A stretch of DNA of 64,000 nt, taken from assembly GCF_009914755.1 (NCBI RefSeq), contig NC_060939.1. One strand, written 5' to 3'. Below the pieces are notes generated by a model that was given only the letters and a program-made list of their open reading frames with translations, had not been told where the DNA came from and did not search any database. Within the stretch, counting starts at the first letter, position 1, and every line of letters begins with the position of its first letter. This document shows, one piece after another, positions 37,751 to 52,700 of this stretch. Position numbers and translations under genes: made by a program. This DNA comes from the human T2T-CHM13v2.0 reference genome, Homo sapiens.

Positions 37751-40700
37751 ATTACATAGCAATCCATTACATTCGAGTCTGTTCTATTCCGTTGCACTCG
37801 ATTTCGTTCCAATCCATTCGATTCCATTCCATTCGATTCCATTCCATAATATTGCATTCCATTCGATTAAATTATATTCGAATAAGTTCCATTCAAGACC
37901 ATTTCTTTTGAGTCCATTCTATTTGAGTCCATTCCCTTTGATTCCATAACATTTGAGTCCATTCAATTCCATTCCTTTCGTTTCCATTCCATTTGATGCC
38001 ATTCCATTCAATTCTGTTCTACTCGACTCCAATACATTCAATTCCATTCCATCCGATTCCATTACATTCTTTTCATTTCTTATCCATTTCAAGCCATTCC
38101 ATTCCATTCCATTCCACTCGTTTCCTTTCCATTCGAGTCCATTCCTCTCCAGTCCATTCCGTTCAATCCATTCCATTCCAGTCCATTCCATTCCAGTCCG
38201 TTCCATTCCAGTCCATTCCATTCGAGTCAATTCCATTACATTCGATGTCTTTCCATAACGATCCATTCCATTCTATTCCTTTCGATTCCATTCCGTTCTA
38301 TTTGATTCCATTCGATTCCCTTCCATTGGACTCCTTTCCATTCGAGTGCATTCCATTCCGTTCCATTTCTTTCCGTTCTGAACGATTCCTACCGTTCGAT
38401 TTCATTTTGTTCCAGTCCATTCCTTTCGCGTCCATTCCATTCCATTTCACTCCATTCGATTCCATTCCATTCGATTCCATTCCACTCGATTCCACTTCGT
38501 TCCTTTTCATTGCATTCCATTCTATTCAACTCTATTGCCTTCCATTCCATTCCATTCGATTACATTCCATGCGATTCCATTCGAAATCGAATCAATTACA
38601 TTGCAATCCATTACTATTGAGTCCGTTTTATTCCAGTCCACTGCATTCTGGTCCATTCCATTTGATTCCATTCCATTCTATTCCATTCCATACAGTTGCA
38701 TTCCATTGGATTCCATTCTATATCTATAAATTCAATTCGAGACCATTGTTTTTGAGTCCATTCTATATGATTCCATTCCATTCAAGTCCATTACATTTGG
38801 TTCAATTCCATTCCATTCCATTCCCTTCCATTCCATTCCATTTGATATCAATCCATTCGATTCCATTCCATTCGAGCACATTCCATTCGAGTCCATTCCA
38901 TTCGATGCCATTCCATTTGATTCTATTCCATTAGTCTCCATTCAATTCCATTAATCTCCATTCCATTCCATTCTACTCCAACTGATTCCATTCCATTCTA
39001 TTCCTTTCCATTCCATTTCATTCCATTCCATGCCATTCCATTCCATTCCATTCCATTCCATTCGTGTCCATTCCACTCCAGTCCATTCCATTCGTGTCCA
39101 TTCCATTCCAGTCCATTCCATTTGTGTCCACTGCATTCCATTCCACTCCATTCCATATTATTCCATTACACTCCATTCCATTCTATTACTTTCATTTCCA
39201 TTCAATTCCATTCCATTTGATTCCATTCCACTCGGTGTCATTCCATTTGAGTCCATTCCATTCCATTCCATTCCATTCCATTCCATTCCATTCCTTTCCA
39301 TTCAGTTCCATTCCATTCTGTTCCATTTCATTCCATTCCATTCCATTCCATTCGGTAGCATTCCATATTGTTCCATTCGATTCCATTCGAATCCATTCCA
39401 TTCCAGTCCATTCCATTCGATTCCATTCCATTCCTTTCAATACAATTCCATTCCACTTAATTCCACTCCATTCCCTTCCACTGCATTCCATTCGAATCCA
39501 TTCAATTGCATTGCATTCCATTCCATTGGATTGCATTCCATTCGATTCCATTCCATTCGAATCAATTACATAGCAATCCATTACATTCGAGTCTATTCTA
39601 TTCCGTTCCATTCGATTTCTTTCCAATGCATTCGATTACATTCCATTCGATTCCTTTCCATACTATTGCATTCCATTCGATTAAATTATATTCGAATAAG
39701 TTCCATTCAAGACCATTTCTTTTGAGTCCATTCTATTTGAGTCCATTCCCTTTGATTCCATAACATTTGAGTCCATTCAATTCCATTCCTTTCGTTTCCA
39801 TTCCATTTGATGCCATTGCATTCAGTTCTGTTCTACTCGACTCCAATACATTCAATTCCATTCTATCCGATTCCAATACATTCTTTTCATTTCGTATCCA
39901 TTTCCAGCCATTCCATTCCATTCCATTCCACTCGTTTCCTTTCCATTCGAGTCCATTCCTCTCCAGTCCATTCCGTTCAATCCATTCCATTCCAGTCCAT
40001 TCCATTCGAGTCCGTTCCATTCCAGTCCATTCCATTCGAGTCAATTCCATTCCATTCGATGTCTTTCCGTAACGATCCATTCCATTCTATTCCTTTCGAT
40101 TCCATTCCATTCTATTTCATTCCATTCGATTCCCTTCCATTGGACTCCTTTCCATTCGAGTGCATTCCATTCCGTTCCATTTCTTTCCGTTCTGTACGAT
40201 TCCTACCGTTCGATTTCATTTTGTTCCAGTCCATTCCTTTCGCGTCCATTCCATTCCATTTCACTCCATTCGATTCCATTCCATTCGATTCCATTCCACT
40301 CGATTCCACTTCGTTCCATTTCATTGCATTCCATTCTATTCAACTCTATTGCCTTCCATTCCATTCCATTCGATTACATTCCATGCGATTCCATTCGAAA
40401 TCGAATCAATTACATTGCAATCCATTACTATTGAGTCCGTTTTATTCCAGTCCACTGCATTCTAGTCCATTCCATTTGATTCCATTCCATTCCATTCCAT
40501 TCCATACAGTTGCATTCCATTGGATTCCATTCTATATCTATAAATTCAATTCGAGACCATTGCTTTTGAGTCCATTCTATATGATTCCATTCCATTCAAG
40601 TCCATTACATTTGGTTCAATTCCATTCCATTCCATTCCCTTCCATTCCATTCCATTTGATATCAATCCATTCGATTCCATTCCATTCGAGCACATTCCAT

Positions 40701-43700
40701 TCGAGTCCATTCCATTCGATGCCATTCCATTTGATTCTATTCCATTAGTCTCCATTCAATTCCATTAATCTCAATTCCATTCCATTCTACTCCAACTGAT
40801 TTCATTCCATTCTATTCCTTTCCATTCCATTTCATTCCATTCCATTCCATTCGCTTCCATTCCATTCGTGTCCATTCCACTCCAGTCTATTCCATTCATG
40901 TCCATTCCATTCCAGTCCATTCCATTTGTGTCCAATGCATTCCATTCCACTCCATTCCATATTATTCCATTACACTCCATTCCATTCTATTACTTTCATT
41001 TCCATTCAGTTCCATTCCATTTGATTCCATTCCACTCGGTTTCATTCCATTTGAGTCCACTCCATTCCATTCCATTCCATTCCATTTGGTTCCATTCCAT
41101 TCTGTTCCAATCCATTCCATTCCATTGCATTCCATTCCATTCGGTAACATTCCATATTGTTCCACTCGATTCCATTCGAATCCATTCCATTCCAGTCCAT
41201 TCCATTCGATTCCATTCCATTCCTTTCAATTCTATTCCATTCCATTCCATTCCACTTGATTCCACTCCATTCCCTTCCACTGCATTCCATTCGATTCCAT
41301 TCCATTGCTTTGCATTCCATTCCATTGGACTGCATTCCATTCGATTCCATTCTTTTCGAATCAATTACATAGCAATCCATTACATTCGAGTCTATTCTAT
41401 TCCGTTCCATTCGATTTCGTTCCAATCCATTCGATTCCATTCCATTCGATTCCATTCCATACTATTGCATTCCATTCTATTACATTATATTCGAATAAGT
41501 TCCATTCAAGACCATTTCTTTTGAGTCCATTCTATTTGAGTCCATTCCCTTTGATTCCATAACATTTGAGTCCATTCAATTCCATTCCTTTCGTTTCCAT
41601 TCCATTTGATACCATTCCATTCAATTCTGTTCTACTCGACTCCAATACATTCAATTCCATTCCATCCGATTCCATTACATTCTTTTCATTTCTTATCCAT
41701 TTCTAGCCATTCCACTCCATTCCATTCCACTCGTTTCCTTTCCATTCGAGTCCATTCCTCTCCAGTCCATTCCGTTCAATCCATTCCATTCCAGTCCATT
41801 CCATTCGAGTCCGTTCCATTCCAGTCCATTCCATTCGAGTCAATTCCATTCCATTCGATGTCTTTCCATAACGATCCATTCCATTCTATTCCTTTCGATT
41901 CCATTCCATTCTATTTCATTCCATTCGATTCCCTTCCATTGGACTCCTTTCCATTCGAGTGCATTCCATTCCGTTCCATTTCTTTCCGTTCTGTACGATT
42001 CCTACCGTTCGATTTCATTTTGTTCCAGTCCATTCCTTTCGCGTCCATTCCATTCCATTTCACTCCATTCGATTCCATTCCAATCGATTCCACTTCGTTC
42101 CATTTCATTGCATTCCATTCTATTCACCTCCATTGCCTTCCTTTCCATTCCATTCGATTACATTCCATGCGATTCCATTCGAAATCGAATCAATTACATT
42201 GCAATCCATTACTATTGAGTCCGTTTTATTCCAGTCCACTGCATTCTGGTCCATTCCATTTGATTCCATTCCATTCTATTCCATTCCATACAGTTGCATT
42301 CCATTGGATTCCATTCTATATCTATAAATTCAATTCGAGCTCATTGCTTTGGAGTCCATTCTATATGATTCCATTCCATTCAAGTCCATTACATTTGGTT
42401 CAATTCCATTCCATTCCATTCCCTTCCATTCCATTCCAGTTGATATCAATCCATTCGATTCCATTCCATTCGAGCACATTCCATTCGAGTCCATTCCATT
42501 CGATGCCATTCCATTTGATTCTATTCCATTAGTCTCCATTCAAATCCATTAATCTCCATTCCATTCCATTCTACTCCAACTGATTCCATTCCATTCTATT
42601 CCTTTCCATTCCATTTCATTCCATTCCATTGCATTTCATTCCATTCCATTCCATTCGCTTCCATTCCATTCGTGTCCATTCCACTCCAGTCCATTCCATT
42701 CATGTCCATTCCATTCCAGTCCATTCCATTTGTGTCCACTGCATTCCATTCCACTCCATTCCATATTATTCCATTGCACTCCATTCCATTCTATTACTTT
42801 CATTTCCATTCAATTCCATTCCATTTGATTCCATTCCACTCGGTTTCATTCCATTTGAGTCCACTCCATTCCATTCCATTCCATTCCATTCAGTTCCATT
42901 CCATTCTGTTCCAATCCATTCCATTCCATTGCATTCCATTCCATTCGGTACCATTCCATATTGTTCCATTCGATTCCATTCGAATCCATTCCATTCCAGT
43001 CCATTCCATTCGATTCCATTCCATTCCTTTACATTCCATTCCATTCCATTCCATTCCACTTGATTCCACTCCATTCCCTTCCACTGCATTCCATTCGATT
43101 CCATTCCATTGCATTGCATTCCATTCCATTGGACTGCATTCCATTCGATTCCATTCCTTTCGAATCAATTACATAGCAATCCATTACATTCGAGTCTATT
43201 CTATTCCGTTCCATTCGATTTCGTTCCAATCCATTCGATTCCATTCCATTCGATTCCATTCCATACTATTGCATTCCATTCTATTACATTATATTCGAAT
43301 AAGTTCCATTCAAGACCATTTCTTTTGAGTCCATTCTATTTGAGTCCATTCCCTTTGATTCCATAACATTTGAGTCCATTCAATTCCATTCCTTTCGTTT
43401 CCATTCCATTTGATGCCATTACATTCAATTCTGTTCTACTCGACTCCAATACATTCAATTCCATTCCATCCGATTCCATTACATTCTTTTCATTTCTTAT
43501 CCATTTCTAGCCATTCCACTCCATTCCATTCCACTCGTTTCCTTTCCATTCGAGTCCATTCCTCTCCAGTCCATTCCGTTCAATCCATTCCATTCCAGTC
43601 CATTCCATTCGAGTCCGTTCCATTCCAGTCCATTCCATTCGAGTCAATTCCATTCCATTCGATGTCTTTCCATAACGATCCATTCCATTCTATTCCTTTC

Positions 43701-46700
43701 GATTCCATTCCATTCTATTTCATTCCATTCGATTCCCTTCCATTGGACTCCTTTCCATTCGAGTGCATTCCATTCCGTTCCATTTCTTTCCGTTCTGTAC
43801 GATTCCTACCGTTCGATTTCATTTTGTTCCAGTCCATTCCTTTCGCGTCCATTCCATTCCATTTCACTCCATTCGATTCCATTCCACTCGATTCCACTTC
43901 GTTCCATTTCATTGCATTCCATTCTATTCAACTCCATTACCTTCCTTTCCATTCCATTCGATTACATTCCATGCGATTCCATTCGAAATCGAATCAATTA
44001 CATTGCAATCCATTACTATTGAGTCCGTTTTATTCCAGTCCACTGCATTCTGGTCCATTCCATTTGATTCCATTCCATTCTATTCCATTCCATACAGTTG
44101 CATTCCATTGGATTCCATTCTATATCTATAAATTCAATTCGAGCTCATTGCTTTGGAGTCCATTCTATATGATTCCATTCCATTCAAGTCCATTACATTT
44201 GGTTCAATTCCATTCCATTCCATTCCCTTCCATTCCATTCCAGTTGATATCAATCCATTCGATTCCATTCCATTCGAGCACATTCCATTCGAGTCCATTC
44301 CATTCGATGCCATTCCATTTGATTCTATTCCATTAGTCTCCATTCAAATCCATTAATCTCCATTCCATTCCATTCTACTCCAACTGACTCCATTCCATTC
44401 TATTCCTTTCCATTCCATTTCATTCCATTCCATTCCATTCGCTTCCATTCCATTCGTGTCCATTCCACTCCAGTCCATTCCATTCATGTCCATTCCATTC
44501 CAGTCCATTCCATTTGTGTCCACTGCATTCCATTCCACTCCATTCCATATTATTCAATTACACTCCATTCCATTCTATTACTTTCATTTCCATTCAATTC
44601 CATTCCATTTGATTCCATTCCACTCGGTTTCATTCCATTTGAGTCCACTCCATTCCATTCCATTCCATTCCATTCAGTTCCATTCCATTCTGTTCCAATC
44701 CATTCCATTCCATTGCATTCCATTCCATTCGGTACCATTCCATATTGTTCCATTCGATTCCATTCGAATCCATTCCATTCCAGTCCATTCCATTCGATTC
44801 CATTCCATTCCTTTACATTCCATTCCATTCCACTTGATTCCACTCCATTCCCTTCCACTGCATTCCATTCGATTCCATTCCATTGCATTGCATTCCATTC
44901 CATTGGACTGCATTCCATTCGATTCCATTCCATTCGAATCAATTACATAGCAATCCATTACATTCGAGTCTATTCTATTCCGTTCCATTCGATTTCGTTC
45001 CAATCCATTCGATTCCATTCCATTCGATTCCATTCCATACTATTGCATTCCATTCTATTACATTATATTCGAATAAGTTCCATTCAAGACCATTTCTTTT
45101 GAGTCCATTCTATTTGAGTCCATTCCCTTTGATTCCATAACATTTGAGTCCATTCAATTCCATTCCTTCGTTTCCATTCCATTTGATGCCATTCCATTCA
45201 ATTCTGTTCTACTCGACTCCAATACATTCAATTCCATTCCATCCGATTCCATTACATTCTTTTCATTTCTTATCCATTTCAAGCCATTCCACTCCATTCC
45301 ATTCCACTCGTTTCCTTTCCATTCGAGTCCATTCCTCTCCAGTCCATTCCGTTCAATCCATTCCATTCCAGTCCATTCCATTCGAGTCCGTTTCTTTCCA
45401 GTCCATTCCATTCGAGTCAATTCCATTCCATTCGATGTCTTTCCATAACGATCCATTCCATTCTATTCCTTTCGATTCCATTCCATTCTATTTCATTCCA
45501 TTCGATTCCCTTCCATTGGACTCCTTTCCATTCGAGTGCATTCCATTCCGTTCCATTTCTTTCCGTTCTGTACGATTCCTACCGTTCGATTTCATTTTTT
45601 TCCAGTCCATTCCTTTCGCGTCCATTCCATTCCATTTCACTCCATTCGATTCCATTCCACTCGATTCCACTTCGTTCCATTTCATTGCATTTCATTCTAT
45701 TCAACTCTATTGCCTTCCATTCCATTCCATTCGATTACATTCCATGCGATTCCATTCGAAATCGAATCAATTACATTGCAATCCATTACTATTGAGTCCG
45801 TTTTATTCCAGTCCACTGCATTCTGGTCCATTCCATTTGATTCCATTCCATTCTATTCCATTCCATACAGTTGCATTCCATTGGATTCCATTCTATATCT
45901 ATAAATTCAATTCGAGACCATTGCTTTGGAGTCCATTCTATATGATTCCATTCCATTCAAGTCCATTACATTTGGTTCAATTCCATTCCATTCCATTCCC
46001 TTCCATTCCATTCCAATTGATATCAATGAATTCGATTCCATTCCATTCGAGCACATTCCATTCGAGTCCACTCCCTTAGATGCCATTCCATTTGATTCTA
46101 TTCCATTAGTCTCCATTCAATTCCATTAATCTCCATTCCATTCCATTCTACTCCAACTGATTCCATTCCATTCTATTCCTTTCCATTCCATTTCATTCCA
46201 TTCCATTCCATTCCATTTCATTCCAATCCATTCCATTCGCTTCCATTCCATTCGTGTCCATTCCACTCCAGTCCATTCCATTCGTGTCCATTCCATTCCA
46301 GTCCATTCCATTTGTGTCCACTCATTCCCTTCCACTCCATTCCATATTATTCCATTATACTCCATTCCATTCTATTACTTTCATTTCCATTCAATTCCAT
46401 TCCATTTGATTCCATTCCACTCGGTTTCATTCCATTTGAGTCCACTCCATTCCATTCCATTCCATTCCATTCAGTTCCATTGCATTCTGTTCCATTCCAT
46501 TCCGTTCCATTACATTCCATTCCATTCGGTACCATTCCATATTGTTCCATTCGAATCCATTCGAATCCATTCCATTCCAGTCCATTCCATTCGATTCCAT
46601 TCCATTCATTTCAATTCCATTCCATTCCATTCCATTACATTCCACTTGATTCCTCTCCATTCCCTTCCACTGCATTCCGTTCGATTCCATTCCATTGCAT

Positions 46701-49700
46701 TTCATTCCATTCCATTGGATTGTATTCCATTCGATTCCATTCCATTCGAATCAATTAAATAGCAATCCATTACATTCGAGTCTATTCTATTCCGTTCCAT
46801 TCGATTTCGTTCCAATCCATTCGATTCCATTCCATTCGATTCCATTCCATACTATTGCATTCCATTCTATTACATTATATTCGAATAAGTTCCATTCAAG
46901 ACCATTTCTTTTGAGTCCATTCTATTTGAGTCCATTCCCTTTGATTCCATAACATTTGAGTCCATTCAATTCCATTCCTTTCGTTTCCATTCCATTTGAT
47001 GCCATTCCATTCAATTCTGTTCTACTCGACTCCAATACATTCAATTCCATTCCATCCGATTCCATTACATTCTTTTCATTTCTTATCCATTTCAAGCCAT
47101 TCCACTCCATTCCATTCCACTCGTTTCCTTTCCATTCGAGTCCATTCCTCTCCAGTCCATTCCGTTCAATCCATTCCATTCCAGTCCATTCCATTCGAGT
47201 CCGTTTCTTTCCAGTCCATTCCATTCGAGTCAATTCCATTCCATTCGATGTCTTTCCATAACGATCCATTCCATTCTATTCCTTTCGATTCCATTCCATT
47301 CTATTTCATTCCATTCGATTCCCTTCCATTGGACTCCTTTCCATTCGAGTGCATTCCATTCCGTTCCATTTCTTTCCGTTCTGTACGATTCCTACCGTTC
47401 GATTTCATTTTTTTCCAGTCCATTCCTTTCGCGTCCATTCCATTCCATTTCACTCCATTCGATTCCATTCCACTCGATTCCACTTCGTTCCATTTCATTG
47501 CATTTCATTCCATTCAACTCTATTGCCTTCCATTCCATTCCATTCGATTACATTCCATGCGATTCCATTCGAAATCGAATCAATTACATTGCAATCCATT
47601 ACTATTGAGTCCGTTTTATTCCAGTCCACTGCATTCTGGTCCATTCCATTTGATTCCATTCCATTCTATTCCATTCCATACAGTTGCATTCCATTGGATT
47701 CCATTCTATATCTATAAATTCAATTCGAGACCATTGCTTTTGAGTCCATTCTATATGATTCCATTCCATTCAAGTCCATTACATTTGGTTCAATTCCATT
47801 CCATTCGGTTCAATTCCATTCCATTCCATTCCCTTCCATTCCATTCCAGTTGATATCAATCCATTCGATTCCATTCCATTCGAGCACATTCCATTCGATG
47901 CCATTCCATTTGATTCTATTCCATTAGTCTCCATTCAATTCCATTAATCTCCATTCCATTCCATTCTACTCCAACTGATTCCATTCCATTCTATTCCATT
48001 CCATTCCATTTCATTCCATTCCATTCCATTTCATTCCATTCCATTCCATTCGTGTCCATTCCACTGCAGTCCATTCCATTCGTGTCCATTCCATTCCAGT
48101 CCATTCGATTTGTGTCCACTGCATTCAATTCCATTCCATTCCATATTATTCCATTACACTCCATTCCATTCTATTACTTTCATTTCCATTCAATTCCATT
48201 CCATTTGATTCCATTCCACTCGGTTTCATTCCATTTGAGTCCACTCCATTCCATTCCATTCCATTCCATTCAGTTCCATTCCATTCTGTTCCATTCCATT
48301 CCGTTCCATTACATTCCATTCCATTCCATTCGGTACCATTCCATATTGTTCCATTCGATTCCATTCGAATGCATTCCATTCCAGTCCATTCCATTCGATT
48401 CCATTCCATTCATTTCAATTCCATTCCATTCCATTACATTACATTCCCCTTGATTCCTCTCCATTCCCTTCCACTGCATTCCGTTCGATTCCATTCCATT
48501 GCATTGCATTCCATTCCATTGGATTGCATTCCATTCGATTCCATTCCATTCGAATCAATTACATAGCAATCCATTACATTCGAGTCTATTCTATTCCGTT
48601 CCATTCGATTTCGTTCCAATCCATTCGATTCCATTCCATTCGATTCCATTCCATACTATTGCATTCCATTCGATTACATTATATTCGAATAAGTTCCATT
48701 CAAGACCATTTCTTTTGAGTCCATTCTATTTGAGTCCATTCCCTTTGATTCCATAACATTTGAGTCCATTCAATTCCATTCCTTTCGTTTCCATTCCATT
48801 TGATGCCATTCCATTCAATTCTGTTCTACTCGACTCCAATACATTCAATTCCATTCCATCCGATTCCATTACATTCTTTTCATTTCTTATCCATTTCAAG
48901 CCATTCCACTCCATTCCATTCCACTCGTTTCCTTTCCATTCGAGTCCATTCCTCTCCAGTCCATTCCGTTCAATCCATTCCATTCCAGTCCATTCCATTC
49001 GAGTCCGTTCCATTCCAGTCCATTCCATTCGAGTCAATTCCATTCCATTCGATGTCTTTCCATAACGATCCATTCCATTCTATTCCTTTCGATTCCATTC
49101 CATTCTATTTCATTCCATTCGATTCCCTTCCATTGGACTCCTTTCCATTCGAGTGCATTCCATTCTGTTCCATTTCTTTCCGTTCTGTACGATTCCTACC
49201 GTTCGATTTCATTTTGTTCCAGTCCATTCCTTTCGCGTCCATTCCATTCCATTTCACTCCATTCGATTCCATTCCACTCGATTCCACTTCGTTCCATTTC
49301 ATTGCATTCCTTTCTATTCAACTCTATTGTCTTCCATTCCATTCCATTCGATTACATTCCATGCGATTCCATTCGAAATCGAATCAATTACATTGCAAAC
49401 CATTACTACTGAGTCCGTTTTATTCCAGTCCACTGCATTCTGGTCCATTCCATTTGATTCCATTCCATTCTATTCCATTCCATACAGTTGCATTCCATTG
49501 GATTCCATGCTATATCTATAAATTCAATTCGAGACCATTGCTTTTGAGTCCATTCTATATGATTCCATTCCATTCAAGTCCATTACATTTGGTTAAATTC
49601 CATTCCATTCGGTTCAATTCCATTCCATTCCATTCCCTTCCATTCCATTCCAGTTGATATCAATCCATTCGATTCCATTCCATTCGAGCACATTCCATTC

Positions 49701-52700
49701 GAGTCCATTCCATTCGATGCCATTCCATTTGATTCTATTCCATTAGTCTCCATTCAATTCCATTAATCTCCATTCCATTCCATTCTACTCCAACTGATTC
49801 CATTCCATTCCATTCCTTTCCATTCCATTTCATTCCATTCCATTCCATTCCATTCCATTCCATTCCATTCGTGTCCATTCCACTCCAGTCCATTCCATTC
49901 GTATCCATTCCATTCCAGTCCATTCCATTTGTGTCCACTGCATTCCATTCCACTCCATTCCATATTATTCCATTACACTCCATTCCATTCTATTACTTTC
50001 ATTTCCATTCAATTCCATTCCATTTGATTCCATTCCACTCGGTTTCATTCCATTTGAGTCCACTCCATTCCATTCCATTCCATTCAGTTCCATTCCATTC
50101 TGTTCCATTCCATTCCGTTCCATTACATTCCATTCCATTCGGTACCATTCCATATTGTTCCATTCGATTCCATTCGAATCCATTCCATTCCAGTCCATTC
50201 CATTCGATTCCATTCCATTCATTTCAGTTCCATTCCATTCCATTCCATTACATTCCACTTGATTCCTCTCCATTCCCTTCCACTGCATTCCGTTCGATTC
50301 CATTCCATTGCATTGCATTCCATTCCATTGGATTGCATTCCATTCGATTCCATTCCATTCGAATCAATTACATAGCAATCCATTACATTCGAGTCTATTC
50401 TCTTCCGTTCCATTCGATTTCGTTCCAATCCATTCGATTCCATTCCATTCGATTCCATTCCATACTATTGCATTCCATTCGATTACATTATATTCGAATA
50501 AGTTCCATTCAAGACCATTTCTTTTGAGTCCATTCTATTTGAGTCCATTCCCTTTGATTCCATAACATTTGAGTCCATTCAATTCCATTCCTTTCGTTTC
50601 CATTCCATTTGATGCCATTCCATTCAATTCTGTTCTACTCGACTCCAATACATTCAATTCCATTCCATCCGATTCCATTACATTCTTTTCATTTCTTATC
50701 CATTTCAAGCCATTCCACTCCATTCCATTCCACTCGTTTCCTTTCCATTCGAGTCCATTCCTCTCCAGTCCATTCCGTTCAATCCATTCCATTCCAGTCC
50801 ATTCCATTCGAGTCCGTTCCATTCCAGTCCATTCCATTCGAGTCAATTCCATTCCATTCGATGTCTTTCCATAACGATCCATTCCATTCTATTCCTTTCG
50901 ATTCCATTCCATTCTATTTCATTCCATTCGATTCCCTTCCATTGGACTCCTTTCCATTCGAGTGCATTCCATTCCGTTCCATTTCTTTCCGTTCTGTACG
51001 ATTCCTACCGTTCGATTTCATTTTGTTCCAGTCCATTCTTTCGCGTCCATTCCATTCCATTTCACTCCATTCGATTCCATTCCACTCGATTCCACTTCGT
51101 TCCATTTCATTGCATTCCATTCTATTCAACTCTATTGCCTTCCATTCCATTCCATTCGATTACATTCCATGCGATTCCATTCGAAATCGAATCAATTACA
51201 TTGCAATCCATTACTATTGAGTCCGTTTTATTCCAGTCCACTGCATTCTGGTCCATTCCATTTGATTCCATTCCATTCTATTCCATTCCATACAGTTGCA
51301 TTCCATTGGATTCCATGCTATATCTATAAATTCAATTCGAGACCATTGCTTTTGAGTCCATTCTATATGATTCCATTCCATTCAAGTCCATTACATTTGG
51401 TTAAATTCCATTCCATTCGGTTCAATTCCATTCCATTCCATTCCCTTCCATTCCATTCCAGTTGATATCAATCCATTTGATTCCATTCCATTCGAGCACA
51501 TTCCATTCGAGTCCATTCCATTCGATGCCATTCCATTTGATTCTATTCCATTAGTCTCCATTCAATTCCATTAATCTCCATTCCATTCCATTCTACTCCA
51601 ACTGATTCCATTCCATTCTATTCCTTTCCATTCCATTTCATTCCATTCCATTCCATTTCATTCCATTCCATTCCATTCGTGTCCATTCTACTGCAGTCCA
51701 TTCCATTCGTGTCCATTCCATTCCAGTCCATTCGATTTGTGTCCACTGCATTCAATTCCACTCCATTCCATATTATTCCATTACACTCCATTCCATTCTA
51801 TTACTTTCATTTCCATTCAATTCCATTCCATTTGATTCCATTCCACTCGGTTTCATTCCATTTGAGTCCACTCCATTCCATTCCATTCCATTCCATTCAG
51901 TTCCATTCCATTCTGTTCCATTCCATTCCGTTCCATTACATTCCATTCCATTCGGTACCATTCCATATTGTTCCATTCGATTGCATTCGAATCCATTCCA
52001 TTCCAGTCCATTCCATTCGATTCCATTCCATTCATTTCAATTCCATTCCATTCCATTCCATTACATTCCACTTGATTCCTCTCCATTCCCTTCCACTGCA
52101 TTCCGTTCGATTCCATTCCATTGCATTGCATTCCATTCCATTGGATTGCATTCCATTCGATTCCATTCCATTCGAATCAATTACATAGCAATCCATTACA
52201 TTCGAGTCTATTCTATTCCGTTCCATTCGATTTCGTTCCAATCCATTCGATTCCATTCCATTCGATTCCATTCCATACTATTGCATTCCATTCGATTACA
52301 TTATATTCGAATAAGTTCCATTCAAGACCATTTCTTTTGAGTCCATTCTATTTGAGTCCATTCCCTTTGATTCCATAACATTTGAGTCCATTCAATTCCA
52401 TTCCTTTCGTTTCCATTCCATTTGATGCCATTCCATTCAATTCTGTTCTACTCGACTCCAATACATTCAATTCCATTCCATCCGATTCCATTACATTCTT
52501 TTCATTTCTTATCCATTTCAAGCCATTCCACTCCATTCCATTCCACTCGTTTCCTTTCCATTCGAGTCCATTCCTCTCCAGTCCATTCCGTTCAATCCAT
52601 TCCATTCCAGTCCATTCCATTCGAGTCCGTTCCATTCCAGTCCATTCCATTCGAGTCAATTCCATCCCATTCGATGTCTTTCCATAACGATCCATTCCAT

